DNA of 32,000 nt from Candidatus Saccharimonadota bacterium (lineage in GTDB: Archaea; Nanohalarchaeota; Nanosalinia; Nanosalinales; Nanosalinaceae). The translations under genes were made by a program, and so were the position numbers. Below are positions 30,618-32,000 of this stretch, one piece after another (the stretch's first letter is position 1; each line of letters starts with the position of its first letter). The notes beneath the pieces were generated by a model, which saw only the letters and a program-made list of their open reading frames with translations, did not search any database and had not been told where the DNA came from. The stretch lies in contig NZ_CP107255.1 of assembly GCF_029232205.1 (NCBI RefSeq), positions 210,001-242,000 on the forward strand, written 5' to 3'.

Positions 30618-31711
30618 TGTTGATCACCTTTCCATCTCTCATACTTTACAATCAATGCAGGAGTAAGAAGCAGTGCGGCAGCCAATGTAAGGCCTTCTCC
30701 AAGCGCCAGTGTAAGACCTAGATCTCTCATGAATGATATTGAGGCGAGCAGTAGGGCCAGGAATCCGACCAGATCGGTTGTTGATGATCCAAGTACTGCC
30801 TTCCCTGTGTTCGGTACTGCTGTCATTATGCCATCTTCAAGACCCTGCTCGTCTGTTTCCTCTACTATTCTTTCTGCGATGAATGAGCCGTATTCTACTC
30901 CGAGGCCTAGAAGCATTGAACCTATCGCGATAGTTGCGATAGTCATTGGGATGCCAAGTAGGCCCATTGCTCCGAGCGCCCAGAGAAGCCCCATAAAGAG
31001 CGGTGCGAATGTTGCTGTTCCGTATGCTGCACCTCTTACAGCTATCAGAAGTAGCCAGATCAGGGCGGAGGCCACAGCAATTATTGTTACGGTGTCTGTT
31101 ATCAGAACATCTGAAAGAACGTTTCTCATCACCGGTGTTCCTGTTGTCTGTATCTCTATGCCAGGATACCGTGGCGACTGTTCTATATTCTCTTCGATTG
31201 TCTTTGTGGCCTCTCTGACGTTTTCCTCTGTCATGTCGTTGCTTAGCTGTATGAACATCGTTGTAGCGGTGTAGTCTCTGTTTGTGAAGCTGGCCTGTGA
31301 CTGTTGCAGCGTCTGTTTGATCTGGGCCTTGGAGTCTGGTGTCTCACTGAAAAGCGAGGCCATGGAGTTTACAGAGCTGATAGATGGCTCATTGTTCAGT
31401 TCATCTTCCAGAAAGTTTAGTGTGCGTATCATCCGCGGGTCACGTACATCGGTGACGTAGTTTTCCTCAAGCTTGTCGTCGCTGGTCTGGAAAAGTACTA
31501 TGATTGAGTTGCTGCTTCCGAAGTTGGCCTCTACCTTGTCCTGTGCTGCGATAGGTGGCAGGCTGTCTGGTAGACTTTCCTGGAAGTTTGTCTGCAGCTG
31601 AATCTGTGGAAGGCCTAGTGAAAGTACTACTGTTAGAAGCAGGCATAGACCGATAATCTTGTCGGTGTGGTCTAGATGCGCTCGGGCCAGAAGATTCAGC
31701 GGATTTTCCAT
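30614..31711 (-). CDS. RND/MMPL-like exporter, N-terminal half-transporter
   Basis: 365 aa: N-terminal TM, about 170-aa soluble loop (QLQTNFQESLPDSLPPIAAQDKVEANFGSS..), then 5 TM helices. Internally homologous to ORF 29415..30617 (QVQTTQMSQEDLLPDSMPTMEAFDVISTEFSS..). Confidence 0.8.
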   Translation of the reverse strand: MENPLNLLARAHLDHTDKIIGLCLLLTVVLSLGLPQIQLQTNFQESLPDSLPPIAAQDKVEANFGSSNSIIVLFQTSDDKLEENYVTDVRDPRMIRTLNFLEDELNNEPSISSVNSMASLFSETPDSKAQIKQTLQQSQASFTNRDYTATTMFIQLSNDMTEENVREATKTIEENIEQSPRYPGIEIQTTGTPVMRNVLSDVLITDTVTIIAVASALIWLLLIAVRGAAYGTATFAPLFMGLLWALGAMGLLGIPMTIATIAIGSMLLGLGVEYGSFIAERIVEETDEQGLEDGIMTAVPNTGKAVLGSSTTDLVGFLALLLASISFMRDLGLTLALGEGLTLAAALLLTPALIVKYERWKGDQQ

Positions 31712-31778
31712 TAGTTATCTACGTTTTGTTCCCCCACATTTAAGAAACTGAATGAACATTCAGTCAGTAGGGAAGTTG

Positions 31779-32000
31779 ATGATGAACGAATCGAAAGAGG
31801 AGATTATGGAGGCCACTTATCGAGCACTCTGTAGCCATGGCTATGCTGATTTAACTATTGAAAAAATTGCTATGGAGTCGGAGAAAGGCAAATCATTGAT
31901 ATATTATCACTATGAGGACAAGGAAGATCTCATGGGTTCCTTCCTGGAGTATATGGGCCGGAAGCTGGAGGATGAAATCTCCGAACTTGAGGATCTTCCT
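31779..32000 (+). CDS. TetR-family transcription regulator (3' end outside window)
   Basis: Hand translation: MMNESKEEIMEATYRALCSHGYADLTIEKIAMESEKGKSLIYYHYEDKEDLMGSFLEYMG.., a TetR N-terminal HTH. Divergent from the RND operon. Confidence 0.8.
   Translation, partial: MMNESKEEIMEATYRALCSHGYADLTIEKIAMESEKGKSLIYYHYEDKEDLMGSFLEYMGRKLEDEISELEDLP

Noticed and set aside
30729-31274. 181-aa plus-strand ORF inside the RND half-transporter gene
   Set aside because: It is antisense to a membrane protein with conserved topology that is homologous to its neighbour. It has no independent support.
1-32000. CRISPR arrays, rRNA genes and box C/D sRNAs near nop5/flpA
   Set aside because: No regularly spaced direct repeats were seen at any scale. 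No rRNA-like sequence was found. Intergenic regions near 23.5-26.3 kb lack paired C (RUGAUGA) and D (CUGA) boxes.

Overview
The window is an archaeal chromosome segment. Markers are fibrillarin, Nop5, MCM-type helicase and A/T-rich TATA boxes about 26 nt upstream of leaderless starts. The proteome is strongly acidic, so I infer a halophile, possibly a small-genome nanohaloarchaeon-like lineage; that is not shown by the sequence. Three blocks are visible. (1) nt 1-14,500 is a dense multi-metal and redox accessory island. It holds an ArsR-MerA mercury module, an ArsR plus CPC-type (Zn/Cd/Pb) P1B ATPase, and a PadR regulator with a Cys-rich tail. It also holds DUF305, DsbA, a Met-rich peptide, DUF302, a His-rich CPH-type CopB ATPase and an unlisted 59-aa Cys-rich ORF. 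Three paralogous proteins share an unusual architecture: cytoplasmic C2H2 zinc finger, one TM helix, then an extracytoplasmic cupredoxin, His-rich or thioredoxin-DUF3105 domain. (2) nt ~14,530-23,469 is an ~8.9 kb plasmid- or virus-like integrated element abutting the 3' end of tRNA-Gly(UCC). A decayed copy of the tRNA 3' end marks its far border. It carries a tightly coupled leftward operon of small wHTH and zinc-ribbon proteins and a 1059-aa fusion of a DnaG-type primase (CHC2 Zn finger plus Toprim) to a complete MCM helicase. No recognisable integrase or capsid gene is present. (3) nt 23,540-32,000 is core-like. It holds a Nop5 lacking the N-terminal domain, fibrillarin, an orphan sufC and sufS-sufU. 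It ends with a TetR-controlled operon of a split RND/MMPL-like exporter plus a CARDB-like surface protein. There are no CRISPR arrays, rRNA genes or transposases. Many track ORFs are antisense or alternate-frame shadows of real genes.
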